Source: Alphaproteobacteria bacterium
GTDB taxonomy: Bacteria; Pseudomonadota; Alphaproteobacteria; CAAHEQ01; UBA3637
Assembly (NCBI GenBank): GCA_045605805.1
Contig: JAZUQR010000027.1
Coordinates: forward strand, 96,001 to 160,000
DNA length: 64,000 bases
Direction: 5' to 3'
Positions 40,750-51,099 of this stretch are shown here, piece after piece (the first letter of the stretch is position 1; every line of letters starts with the position of its first letter). A model generated the notes under the pieces. The model ran no database searches. It saw only the letters and a program-made list of their open reading frames with translations, and had not been told where the DNA came from. The translations under genes and the position numbers were made by a program.

Positions 40750-43038
40750 GTGACACACAGAAGCAAATCAGCCCAATCCGGTCGCACCATGTTGGAAATC
40801 ATCTCTGTCATGGCTATGATCGGCGTGCTGACAATCGGTTCTATTGCCTTTTATCGTTTTGTGATGAACTATCAACAAAGCAAAGCCCTTTATAACGATT
40901 TCAAAGTGCGTTCCGCCTTAAATATGGAAGGCAAAGGGCGTATTTTTTCCACCGATATGGAAAACAAATCAACCTATGACAAAGAAATGACGGTTGCACA
41001 AAATTTCCCCCAGTATGGTTTTTTCAAGATAACCGCCCAAGGTGTTGAACAGGCGATATGTAAAAGGCTGATAAAAGAAGAATGGCCCGAACACAGCCGG
41101 ATTTATTTGGATGACAAACCATTTGGCTCGGCCATTACCGAATGTCCCCAAAAAGATGTCGCCTTTTCCGTTGTCTATCGTTCCACCCGCACCCGCCAAG
41201 AATTGCCCCCACTTTGTACACCCGATAGCACCTGTGAAGGCTGTACCTCATGTCAAAATGGCGAATGCCGTGCGGGTTGCTCATCGGGTAATGTGTGTTA
41301 TGATAACGCCTGCGTGGTTGGTTCATGCACATCCCAAGAAGACGGCACAGAATTGTGTTGCCCTGCAACACCGAAATACTGTCCGTTGAATGCACAAATA
41401 AGTGGCAACCAAACCTCCTGTGCATGCGAATGCCCCTCTCACCGCACACAAAGTGGCGGGATATGCGGTGATTGTCATTTTGACAGCGAGTTTGAACCAT
41501 TTATTGTACCACAATTCACACAAAACACCAAAGCAGGCTATGGCACCTTACAAACCGATTACTATTCAATCAACAGCGCAGATGAAGATGCATGGCGGGC
41601 TTTTGATGGGGATAAAACCAAACACTTTCTGTGGGTTGGCAACTATAGTTATGTTATATGGCATTTGCCACAACCAGTTCGGGTAAAATCCACAACAATT
41701 TGGCAAAATTTAATTGATCCGGCAAAAGATAGATTTCCAAGAATAATCACCTTGTATGGTTCTAATGATAAAAACAATTGGACAACCTTGGGAACAATAA
41801 CAAATCAAACAATTCCTCCTGAATATGTAAAACTTCAAACCGATGCCTCCCAACAGTGGACCAGCTTGAAATGGGAGTTTAATGACAATTTTGGCGGATG
41901 GTATGAACAAGTCGGCGAAATTGAAATGGAAGCCGAAATACTGGCTTCAAGTTCAAACTATACTTTTGATACAAACACATTCCAATGCACAAAAGCACGC
42001 ACCGAAAAAGAAGGGGAACCATGTCACCCATCTAACGCAGGCCGAACTGCTTGCAATCAATCCGAGGGCATATTGTATAAATGTACAGGTGGAACATTAC
42101 AAGTACTCTACACATGCAATGCATCAAATCCCACAAATATTGAAAGTTTACAACAACCGAATATCTGCCCAGAAGTAGGAAATGAGTGTTTTATAAATGA
42201 GACACAAGGGATTTGTTTGGGCGAAGAAGGGAACTTACAATGCTGTGCCGGAGCAATCAATTTAGAAACAAACACTGTTTCTGAAACATGTTGCAACGAA
42301 GCTGTTTATAACACAGCATTCTCAGGGGATTATTATGTCTACAGCTATCTTGAAGACAATATGGATGTCCCATCTGGAAACACAACTTTTTCAACATACA
42401 TCAACGGCACCCCACTTGACTTTGGCTTATGTTGTTTTAATGCCATTGATTTGGTCACAGGCACAACCGATGAACGATGTGGTCAAGCAACAGCCGAAAA
42501 AATGAATCAATGGACAAGCAGCTATCTGATATACGGTATGTCTAATGGTGAATTTTGCTATGGTCCAACCAATTTAAGCTACAAAGAACCAACCAGCACG
42601 CAACAATGTTGTGATTTTGTCAAAGAAGATTTCCAATATATGCCTGATCCGCCATCAGTGACTTGGGTTGAAACAGAATGGGGATACAATTTCTGTTGTC
42701 AAGGCCCATTTGATGCTTCATGTCCAGACTGTGGCATGACTGAAGACTGCTGCAAAAGCGCAGGCGGAACAATGGGAAGTGATTGGTGGAGCTGTTGTAA
42801 AGGCGCAGAAGACCTTGCTAATCCCGAATATGATTCATATACCTGTTGTTCGGATGTTGGGGGAGAAATGAGAACAGTAGAAGATTACTTTAACTACGGA
42901 TACGAATGGGATATGTATGATGTTTGTTTTAATCCAACAACCAATTGCCCCATTTCTCAATTTGCCTGTGAACGCTTCAGCGACAGGTATAATTGTCAAT
43001 GGAACAATGAAAATCAATCTTGCGAACCAATCTTATAA
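40750..43038 (+). CDS. Large Cys-rich type IV pilin-like surface protein with a discoidin (F5/8 type C)-like domain
   Basis: GAGGGG RBS and GTG start; class III signal SG|RTMLE followed by a hydrophobic helix; AWRAFDGD..W..LYGSND..NWTTL..VGEIE; many Cys-Cys repeats. Confidence 0.75.
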   Translation: MTHRSKSAQSGRTMLEIISVMAMIGVLTIGSIAFYRFVMNYQQSKALYNDFKVRSALNMEGKGRIFSTDMENKSTYDKEMTVAQNFPQYGFFKITAQGVEQAICKRLIKEEWPEHSRIYLDDKPFGSAITECPQKDVAFSVVYRSTRTRQELPPLCTPDSTCEGCTSCQNGECRAGCSSGNVCYDNACVVGSCTSQEDGTELCCPATPKYCPLNAQISGNQTSCACECPSHRTQSGGICGDCHFDSEFEPFIVPQFTQNTKAGYGTLQTDYYSINSADEDAWRAFDGDKTKHFLWVGNYSYVIWHLPQPVRVKSTTIWQNLIDPAKDRFPRIITLYGSNDKNNWTTLGTITNQTIPPEYVKLQTDASQQWTSLKWEFNDNFGGWYEQVGEIEMEAEILASSSNYTFDTNTFQCTKARTEKEGEPCHPSNAGRTACNQSEGILYKCTGGTLQVLYTCNASNPTNIESLQQPNICPEVGNECFINETQGICLGEEGNLQCCAGAINLETNTVSETCCNEAVYNTAFSGDYYVYSYLEDNMDVPSGNTTFSTYINGTPLDFGLCCFNAIDLVTGTTDERCGQATAEKMNQWTSSYLIYGMSNGEFCYGPTNLSYKEPTSTQQCCDFVKEDFQYMPDPPSVTWVETEWGYNFCCQGPFDASCPDCGMTEDCCKSAGGTMGSDWWSCCKGAEDLANPEYDSYTCCSDVGGEMRTVEDYFNYGYEWDMYDVCFNPTTNCPISQFACERFSDRYNCQWNNENQSCEPIL

Positions 43039-43105
43039 TTATAATAAAAACCCTTGCATTTAACGCATAAAATCCGCTATACTTATCCAAAAGAAAGGAT
43101 AACGG

Positions 43106-44011
43106 ATGCAGGCACCACACATTCCTGTTTTATTAAACGAAGTTTTAACCTATTTGGCCCCAAATGGTGGCACTTTTGTAGACGGTACTTTTGGGGCTGG
43201 TGGCTATACAAAAGCCATTTTAGAGGCCCACCCTGAAAACAAAGTGATTGCCTTTGATCGGGACCCAACCACAAAACAAACGGCACTGGCCTTACAAAAA
43301 CAATTTCCAAACCGTTTCACATTTGTCCAAGAATGTTTCAGCCAAATGCCCCAACACCTTGATGAACAAGTGGATGGCATTGTGCTGGATATCGGTGTAT
43401 CCTCCATGCAAATTGATACCCCCGAGCGGGGCTTTTCCTTGCGCTTTAACGGCCCATTGGATATGCGTATGGGAGAGTCTGGCCCCACCGCTGCCGATTT
43501 AATTAAAGTCCTGCCTGAATCACAGTTGGCCGATATCCTTTACAAATATGGCGAAGAAAGACAAAGCCGAAAAATTGCCCACGCTTTGAAACAACATCTT
43601 CCCCAAACAACTTTGGAAATGGCCGATATCATCCACCACATTATGCCTCGCCCCAAAGATGGTTCGGACAGCGCAACTCGTTCTTTTCAAGCCTTGCGCA
43701 TTGCCGTGAACAACGAATTAAAAGAATTGGAAACAACGCTTGCCAACGCCCCCGCTTTGTTAAAAGAAAACGGACGCTTGGTGGTGGTTTCGTTCCATTC
43801 GCTGGAAGACAGAATTGTGAAAGACTTTTTACAAAACAATTCCGCCAAAAACACCCATAAAAACAAATATGCGCAATCACAAGAAAAAGAAGGGCTGTTC
43901 AAAATCTTAACCAAAAAACCCATACTGGCCACACAAGACGAACTGGAACAAAATCCCCGTTCGCACAGTGCCAAATTACGGGCCGCCATGCGTACAAAGG
44001 AGACTCAATGA
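43106..44011 (+). CDS. rsmH: 16S rRNA C1402 N4-methyltransferase
   Basis: HIPVLL, DGTFGAGG, DIGVSSMQ, FQALRIAVN, FHSLEDR. Confidence 0.97.
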   Translation: MQAPHIPVLLNEVLTYLAPNGGTFVDGTFGAGGYTKAILEAHPENKVIAFDRDPTTKQTALALQKQFPNRFTFVQECFSQMPQHLDEQVDGIVLDIGVSSMQIDTPERGFSLRFNGPLDMRMGESGPTAADLIKVLPESQLADILYKYGEERQSRKIAHALKQHLPQTTLEMADIIHHIMPRPKDGSDSATRSFQALRIAVNNELKELETTLANAPALLKENGRLVVVSFHSLEDRIVKDFLQNNSAKNTHKNKYAQSQEKEGLFKILTKKPILATQDELEQNPRSHSAKLRAAMRTKETQ

Positions 44012-44379
44012 AAAAACTGTTTGTCAATTTTGTATTGCTGTCAATCGCCATCGGTATCGGCATCACATTGTTTTTAATGAAACAACAAGTGGTGGAATAC
44101 GAAAAACAATTGGCCACCCTCAGCACCAAGATTTTACAAGATAAACGCCAAATCCATACACTCAAAGCCGATTGGGCCGTTTTAACCGAACCCTCTCGTC
44201 TTAAAAAATTGCTGTCCGAAAGCCAAGTGGGCTTCATTCATGCCAATCAAGTTGTTCACGCAGAGGAAGTGGATTTAATTCCTGTACCCATTCCCACACA
44301 AAAACCATTTGAAGAAACGCAACCGCTGTCTGACGAAGAACCAGCACCTTCTTCCAACACCGAAGGAGAAAATCTATGA
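44008..44379 (+). CDS. ftsL: Cell division protein FtsL
   Basis: TM plus coiled coil, LKADWAVLTEPSRL; between rsmH and ftsI. Confidence 0.8.
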   Translation: MKKLFVNFVLLSIAIGIGITLFLMKQQVVEYEKQLATLSTKILQDKRQIHTLKADWAVLTEPSRLKKLLSESQVGFIHANQVVHAEEVDLIPVPIPTQKPFEETQPLSDEEPAPSSNTEGENL

Positions 44380-46127
44380 AGTTCTTCAAAAAAAACCCAA
44401 CCTCTTTTTATGCACCGTGCCAAGAAATCCCAACACCAAAACGGGAAAAGGAACGCTATCTGGATGCGGCCACACAAAAAAGCCTGCGCACCGCCAAGAA
44501 CCGCATTTTGATTATCGGTTTGGCTTTTTTATCCTTGCTGTTTATCATTTGGGGCCGGCTGTTTTATCTGACGGTTTTAAGCTACGACAAAACCCCCATC
44601 AAAACATCCCAATGGGATACAGACGAAAAACTGCCCCGCTATAACATTGTGGACAGAAACGGCGTGGTATTGGCCACCACACTCACCTCGTGGGATATAT
44701 CCGTCAATCCTAAAAAAGTGGAAAATCCCGAAGAAGTCGCCAAAAAAATACACGAAAAATTGCCCGATTTACAGGAAAAAGAATTGCTTCAAAAACTCAC
44801 TTCAAAAAGCAATTTCAAATACATCAAACGAGGCGCAACGCCCAAAGAATTGGAAGCTGTCAATTGGCTTGGCTATCACTTTTTAACCTATGAAGCCGTC
44901 AATACCCGAGCCTACCCACAAGGCCCTTTATTTTCGCATATACTGGGAGGTGTCAACATTGATAATGTGGGCATATCAGGCATAGAAAAAGCCTTTGATA
45001 ACGAATTAAAAAAAGCGCAACTGCAACTCTCACTAGATACTTCTGTACAAGAAGCCGTACGAAGCAACCTTTTGAAAAGTATAGAAAAATTCAAAGCAGA
45101 AGGGGCTTTTGGCTTGGTAATGGACATTCACACAGGGGAATTATTGGCAAGCGTTTCTCTGCCTGATTATGATCCGGAAAAACCAGTTGGTAAAGACCCT
45201 TCTGTACGCTTTAATATGCCCACATTGGGGGTTTATGAATTCGGTTCTGTCTTAAAATTATTCAACACAGCCATGGCATTGGAAAACAAAATCATCAAAG
45301 AAACAGACATCATAGATGCCTCTGCGCCATTAAAAATCGGGCGCAAACAAATTGAAGATTTTCGGGGGCAAAACCGCCCACTCAGCACCACCGAAGTCTT
45401 GATGCATTCGTCTAACATTGCCTCGGCCAAAATTGCTTTGCAGGCAGGCTATGAAAAACAACGGGAGTTTTTACAACGCTTTCACTTATTTGATAAATTA
45501 TCCATACCTTTACCCGAACGAGGTACGCCCATTTACAACACAAAAGAAAAATGGGCGGATATAGAAACGGCCAATGTGGCTTTTGGCTATGGTCTGGCCA
45601 CAACCGCCCTACATCTGGCAGCCGGAGTATCAGCTTTAACAAACGGTGGATTTTATAATGTACCGACTTTCCTAAAAGAAGGAAACAAAAACAAACCAAC
45701 AACAAAAGTCTTAGATACCGACATATCCCAAAAACTGCGTCATATGATGTGGGCCGTTTTGAATTGGGATATTTGGACAAAGAATGTGGCCAAACACTAT
45801 GCCGTTGGGGGCAAAACAGGCACAGCAAACATCAAAGAACAAGGCGGTTATAATACCGATAAAATTCGGGCCTCCTTTGTGGGCGTTTTTCCAATTGATA
45901 ACCCGCAATATCTTGTCCAAGTCACCTTACTCAATCCACAAAGATTAAAAGAAACCTTGATGTTGAATAATGCCGGATGGAACGCCCGCCCCACCGGATT
46001 AAATATCATCAGCGAAATTGCCCCTTATCTGAATGTGGCTCCTGTCACCGACTATCAACCACCGGAATATGTCCAACAGGCCATTGAAACTTCTTTAATT
46101 AAAAACAAAAGGAAAAAAGCACAATGA
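44376..46127 (+). CDS. ftsI: Septal transpeptidase PBP3
   Basis: IVDRNG, SVLK, SSN, KTGT. Confidence 0.95.
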   Translation: MKFFKKNPTSFYAPCQEIPTPKREKERYLDAATQKSLRTAKNRILIIGLAFLSLLFIIWGRLFYLTVLSYDKTPIKTSQWDTDEKLPRYNIVDRNGVVLATTLTSWDISVNPKKVENPEEVAKKIHEKLPDLQEKELLQKLTSKSNFKYIKRGATPKELEAVNWLGYHFLTYEAVNTRAYPQGPLFSHILGGVNIDNVGISGIEKAFDNELKKAQLQLSLDTSVQEAVRSNLLKSIEKFKAEGAFGLVMDIHTGELLASVSLPDYDPEKPVGKDPSVRFNMPTLGVYEFGSVLKLFNTAMALENKIIKETDIIDASAPLKIGRKQIEDFRGQNRPLSTTEVLMHSSNIASAKIALQAGYEKQREFLQRFHLFDKLSIPLPERGTPIYNTKEKWADIETANVAFGYGLATTALHLAAGVSALTNGGFYNVPTFLKEGNKNKPTTKVLDTDISQKLRHMMWAVLNWDIWTKNVAKHYAVGGKTGTANIKEQGGYNTDKIRASFVGVFPIDNPQYLVQVTLLNPQRLKETLMLNNAGWNARPTGLNIISEIAPYLNVAPVTDYQPPEYVQQAIETSLIKNKRKKAQ

Positions 46128-48913
46128 ACTTAAAAGAATTAGGATTTCAACACGATTTACAAATTACAGGCATCACCGAAAAAGCATCCGAAGTAAAAAA
46201 GGGTGATCTCTTTTGCGCCTTAAAAGGCACAACGGCAAACGGGGCTGATTTTATTCCTGAGGCCATCAAAAACGGAGCTGTAGCTGTTTTAACAAACCAA
46301 CCTGTCACAGCCGATATTCCTGTGATTCAGGTTGAAAATCCTCGTGCTGTTTTAACACAAATTGCCAATAAAATCTATCCTTCCGATAAACTGGAAAAAG
46401 TGGCCGTCACCGGCACAAATGGCAAAACATCCACCGTTTATTATGTGGCCGAAATTATGAACGCCCTTGGCACTTTAAGTGCCAGCATGGGAACGGTTGG
46501 TATTCAAGCCCCCACCTTTCAATTAAAGGGGAATATGACCACACCGGACGCCGTTTCCTTAAATAAAACTTTGCATCTTCTGCAAGAAAAAAACATTCAA
46601 GTCGTGGCGATGGAAGCATCCAGCCATGGGCTTCATCAAGGGCGTTTGTCGGGCAATCTTATCAAAGCAGCCGCCTTCACCAATTTAACCCGAGATCATT
46701 TGGATTATCACAAAACCATGGAAAATTATCTGCAAGCAAAAACTTTGCTGTTCACACAAAATATGGTTCCAAACGGTACAGCGGTTTTGAATGCAGATAT
46801 CCCCGAATATGAATTCTTAAAACAAATCTGTACAAACCAAAACCTGACAATGATCAGCTATGGCAAACAAGGGGAAACATTAAAACTGATAAGCCAAAAA
46901 CCCACCCCAAACGGGCAAGAATTGGTTGTCAAAGTACAAAATAAAGAACACTTGATTCCCATACAGATTTATGGTGATTTTCAAGCCTATAACATCTTGG
47001 CTGCTGTTGGCTTGTGTATGGGACTTGGCAAAACATTTGAACAAATCCTGCCAATACTATCCACATTAAAAGCCCCCAATGGTCGCTTGGAAAATGTGGG
47101 AGAAACACCCAATGGGGCCCGGATTTTTGTGGATTATGCCCATACACCGGACGCATTGGAACGAGTCCTTTGCTCTTTGCGTCCACACACAAAAAACAAG
47201 CTGTGCTGTCTGTTCGGTTGTGGAGGGAATCGGGATACAGGCAAACGCCCGCAAATGGGTGAAATTGCCAACCGCTTGGCCGATAAGGTCTATATCACCG
47301 ATGATAATCCCCGCAACGAAGAACCGGCCCTTATCCGTCAGGCTATTCAACAAGCCTGTCCCAAAGGAAAAAGTTTTAACAACCGCCAACAAGCCATTTG
47401 CCAAGCCATTTCAGAATTAGAAAAAGGCGATATTTTGGTGTTGGCCGGAAAAGGGCACGAATCGGGGCAAACCATCCAAAACATAACCTATCCGTTCAAT
47501 GATAAAATTGAAGCACAACTCTGCCTTAAATCATTAAAAGAGCCACCGTTGTGGACAAGTTCAGAATTACAAATGGCCTTGAATACAGCTGTGGATAAAA
47601 ATATCTGGGCAAGTGGGGTGAAGTTTGACTCACGCACCATAGAACTGGGGGATATATTTGTCGCCTTAAAAACCGAACAAAATGATGGCCATAACTATGT
47701 CACGCAAGCGTTGGAAAAAGGAGCCAGTGCATGCATTGTCAATCACCCGATAGAAACAGTTTTACAAAGCAAACAAATCGTTGTGCCAAACACCTTACAG
47801 GCCTTGGAATCCTTGGCCCGTTTTGCCCGTATGCGCACCATGGCACAGGTCATTGGCATCACAGGAAGCTGTGGCAAAACAAGCACAAAAGAAATGATTG
47901 CACAATGTCTTGCTAAACAAGGCAAAACACACGCCACACAAAAAAACTTTAATAATGACTTGGGCGTACCATACACATTGGCCAATATGCCAGCCGACAC
48001 ACAATATGCAGTGATTGAAATGGGTATCAGCCACCCCAACGAAATGGCTCAACTATCCGATTTTGTGCGTCCCAATGTCACCTTGATAACAAACATTGCC
48101 CCAGCTCATCAAGAGTTTTTTGAAAACACAAAAGCGATTGCCAGTGAAAAAATACACATTGTTGATTTTCAAGATAAAACAGGCTGTATTTTGCTAAATG
48201 CAGACGATGAACTGTGTCAATTTTTGGCCGATACAGCCACCCAAAAAGGTGTACGAAAAATTGTGCGTTTTGGACATTCAGACAAAGCCGATACACAACT
48301 GATAACCGCTGTCCCACAAAACGATAGCACAAAAGTGCACTTAAAAATGCAAGGCGAAAAAATAGATTTGACCTTACAATTTATCGGCCAACACTTTGCC
48401 TTAAACTGTGCGGCCGCCCTGTCTGCCATAGAAGCTGTTGGCGCAAGTGTGGATCAAGCAATTTATGACATACAAACCCTGTCTCCCGTTCAAGGCAGAG
48501 GGGCTGTTTTCACCTGTACAATTGAAGGGAAAACCGTTCATTTAATTGATGATGCCTATAATGCCAATCCGCTATCCATGCAATCCAGTTTACGGGCATT
48601 TGGCGCACGAGAAGGGCAAAAAATTGCCGTTTTAGGGGATATGTTGGAATTGGGCGAAAAATCCCTTAAAATGCATCTTGACATCTTAAACGAGTTAGCG
48701 CAAAATAACATCAGCAAATTATATGCTGTTGGTCCCATCATGAGCCAAGCTTTTGATTTGGCCCCTCCCGACATACAAGGTGCTAAAACCCTATCGGCAG
48801 AATCATTGGCCGATATTTTAAGGCACAACCTGCAAGACGGAGATTGGGTTTTATTCAAGGCCTCTCATGGAATGAACCTTTCAGCATTGATTCAAAAATT
48901 AAAAGGAGAATAA
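46124..48913 (+). CDS. Fused MurE-MurF ligase
   Basis: MurE half: TGTNGKTS, MEASSHG, DYAHTPD, DNPR. MurF half: TGSCGKTSTK, NNDLGVP, DDAYNANP, GDMLELG. Single frame. Confidence 0.95.
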   Translation: MNLKELGFQHDLQITGITEKASEVKKGDLFCALKGTTANGADFIPEAIKNGAVAVLTNQPVTADIPVIQVENPRAVLTQIANKIYPSDKLEKVAVTGTNGKTSTVYYVAEIMNALGTLSASMGTVGIQAPTFQLKGNMTTPDAVSLNKTLHLLQEKNIQVVAMEASSHGLHQGRLSGNLIKAAAFTNLTRDHLDYHKTMENYLQAKTLLFTQNMVPNGTAVLNADIPEYEFLKQICTNQNLTMISYGKQGETLKLISQKPTPNGQELVVKVQNKEHLIPIQIYGDFQAYNILAAVGLCMGLGKTFEQILPILSTLKAPNGRLENVGETPNGARIFVDYAHTPDALERVLCSLRPHTKNKLCCLFGCGGNRDTGKRPQMGEIANRLADKVYITDDNPRNEEPALIRQAIQQACPKGKSFNNRQQAICQAISELEKGDILVLAGKGHESGQTIQNITYPFNDKIEAQLCLKSLKEPPLWTSSELQMALNTAVDKNIWASGVKFDSRTIELGDIFVALKTEQNDGHNYVTQALEKGASACIVNHPIETVLQSKQIVVPNTLQALESLARFARMRTMAQVIGITGSCGKTSTKEMIAQCLAKQGKTHATQKNFNNDLGVPYTLANMPADTQYAVIEMGISHPNEMAQLSDFVRPNVTLITNIAPAHQEFFENTKAIASEKIHIVDFQDKTGCILLNADDELCQFLADTATQKGVRKIVRFGHSDKADTQLITAVPQNDSTKVHLKMQGEKIDLTLQFIGQHFALNCAAALSAIEAVGASVDQAIYDIQTLSPVQGRGAVFTCTIEGKTVHLIDDAYNANPLSMQSSLRAFGAREGQKIAVLGDMLELGEKSLKMHLDILNELAQNNISKLYAVGPIMSQAFDLAPPDIQGAKTLSAESLADILRHNLQDGDWVLFKASHGMNLSALIQKLKGE

Positions 48914-48914
48914 A

Positions 48915-49958
48915 ATGTTTGTATTATTAGATTGGTTGAACACCCCCTTGTCTCGCATGGGATTTGCCTTTTTCACTGCCTTGATTTTAACGCTGTGGAT
49001 GGGGCCGAATTTAATCGGCTGGTTAAAGAAAAAACAAGGCGAAGGACAACCCATTCGGGAATGTGGTCCTGAAACACATCTGGCCAAAAAAGGCACCCCC
49101 ACTATGGGCGGGATTATGATTTTACTGGCGGCCACCGTCTCAGCCTTGCTATGGACAAATCTGACCAACGCTTATGTCTGGATTTTATTGGGAACTTTGT
49201 GGGGCTTTGGTCTGGTTGGTGCTGTGGATGACTATCTTAAACTCACCCATAACAACAGTGCAAAAGGTGTCCCCGGTCGCACCCGATTAGTCATAGAGTT
49301 TACCTTATCATTACTGGCCTGTTTGGGCATGATGTACTTTGGCCACGCAACCACACAAACAACTTTAACAATTCCATTTTATAAAAACATTTTAATAGAT
49401 TTATCCATTTTTTATATTCCCTTTGCCATGTTTGTCATGGTAGGGGCGGCCAATTCTGTCAATTTAACAGACGGATTGGATGGATTGGTAAGTGTTCCCG
49501 TTATCATGACACTGATTGTTTTTGGTCTCATCGCATGGAGTGTTGGTATACCTGATTTAAGCCACATTTACTTACAAGGCACACAGGAACTAACAGTTCT
49601 TTGTTGCGCCTTAACAGGGGCAGTTTTGGGTTTTTTATGGTACAACTGTCATCCAGCAAAAGTGTTTATGGGAGATACAGGCTCTTTAGCATTAGGTGGT
49701 TTTATCGGGGCAATAGCTGTGGCCACAAAACACGAAATTATATTGGCTATCACAGGGGCTATTTTTGTTGTGGAAGCCTTGTCTGTTATGATTCAGGTAG
49801 CCTCATATAAATTGCGTGGCAAACGGGTGTTTTTAATGGCGCCTATTCACCATCATTTTGAAAAGATGGGCTGGCACGAAACAACAGTTGTGACACGATT
49901 TTGGATTTTGTCCGTTTTCTTGGCCGTCTTGGCTTTAACAATTTTGACTTTAAGTTAA
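48915..49958 (+). CDS. mraY: Phospho-MurNAc-pentapeptide transferase
   Basis: KGTPTMGG, NLTDGLDGL, FMGDTGS, MAPIHHHFE. Confidence 0.97.
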   Translation: MFVLLDWLNTPLSRMGFAFFTALILTLWMGPNLIGWLKKKQGEGQPIRECGPETHLAKKGTPTMGGIMILLAATVSALLWTNLTNAYVWILLGTLWGFGLVGAVDDYLKLTHNNSAKGVPGRTRLVIEFTLSLLACLGMMYFGHATTQTTLTIPFYKNILIDLSIFYIPFAMFVMVGAANSVNLTDGLDGLVSVPVIMTLIVFGLIAWSVGIPDLSHIYLQGTQELTVLCCALTGAVLGFLWYNCHPAKVFMGDTGSLALGGFIGAIAVATKHEIILAITGAIFVVEALSVMIQVASYKLRGKRVFLMAPIHHHFEKMGWHETTVVTRFWILSVFLAVLALTILTLS

Positions 49959-49977
49959 AAAAAGGCATAAACACACC

Positions 49978-51099
49978 ATGAAATGGATCAACAAACTGAA
50001 AAAAAACATCACAACACAATACCGCAGCTTAGACAGAGGTATTTTGTACAGTGCTTTGCTGTTGATGTTTTTCGGTTTATTTTTAACCTTTGCAGCCGGC
50101 CCTGTTGTGGCCGAAAGACGCAACTATGAATGGTTTCATTTCATCTATAAACACCTTATTTTTATGCCCATCGGTATCGGTCTTTTAATCAGTACAGCAC
50201 TGTTGCCGTTAAAATGGGCCAGAAGGGTTGGCTTTTTGGTTTTTGTCGGGGCAATTTGTGGTATGATTGCAGTTCTTCTGTTTGGCACACGATTTCAAGG
50301 GGCTTCTCGCTGGATAAACATTGCCGGCATCTCGGTTCAACCTTCCGAATTTATCAAACCTGCCTTTGCCATTGTGGCCGCATGGTGCTTAGCACGAGGC
50401 AAACTGATTCGGCAATCTCATGGCTATCTGTGGGCATGGGGCCTATGGGGAATAATTGTGCTTTTATTGGGGGCTCAACCTGATTTTGGAATGATTATCA
50501 CCATCACCGCCATCTTTGGCACCGAGATATTTTTGTCCGGCCTGCCATGGGCAATTATTATTGCAATCGGCACATTATTTGCCTCCCTTGTCCCTACAGC
50601 CTATTTTATGTTTGAACATGTCCGACACAGATTTGATGTCTTTTTCAATCCCACAACCGAAAACGCCTATCAAGTGCGTCAGTCTATGGAAACATTAAAA
50701 AATGCCGGTTGGTTTGGCAAAGGGCCAGGGGAAGGTGTGGTGAAATACACTCTACCAGATGCACATACAGACTTTATCATGGCTGTATCAGCCGAAGAGT
50801 TTGGTTTTATTTTATCCAGCGTTATTATCATAACATTTATGTATATCATCTTCAAAGGCATGCGACAAATTCGGCAAAACAACAACTATTTTGTCCAACT
50901 GGCTATTGGGGGTTTGATCACCCAAATTGCCGTTCAATCCATCATCAATTTGGGATCCACCTTAAATCTATTGCCCACCAAAGGCATGACCTTACCGTTG
51001 ATTTCATATGGTGGTTCGTCATTGGTATCCATGGCCTTTGCGTTTGGCCTGATATTAGCTTTTACAAAACAACAAACTTTCTCAAGGGGGTTAGAATGA
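49978..51099 (+). CDS. ftsW: SEDS peptidoglycan polymerase FtsW
   Basis: GASRWI, QPSEFIK, QPDFG, PDAHTDF, PLISYGGSS. Confidence 0.96.
   Translation: MKWINKLKKNITTQYRSLDRGILYSALLLMFFGLFLTFAAGPVVAERRNYEWFHFIYKHLIFMPIGIGLLISTALLPLKWARRVGFLVFVGAICGMIAVLLFGTRFQGASRWINIAGISVQPSEFIKPAFAIVAAWCLARGKLIRQSHGYLWAWGLWGIIVLLLGAQPDFGMIITITAIFGTEIFLSGLPWAIIIAIGTLFASLVPTAYFMFEHVRHRFDVFFNPTTENAYQVRQSMETLKNAGWFGKGPGEGVVKYTLPDAHTDFIMAVSAEEFGFILSSVIIITFMYIIFKGMRQIRQNNNYFVQLAIGGLITQIAVQSIINLGSTLNLLPTKGMTLPLISYGGSSLVSMAFAFGLILAFTKQQTFSRGLE

Noticed and set aside
50709-51095. N-terminal extension of MurG or an ftsW-murG frameshift fusion
   Set aside because: It is an open alternative frame within ftsW; murG has its own AGGGGG RBS and an ATG overlapping the ftsW stop.
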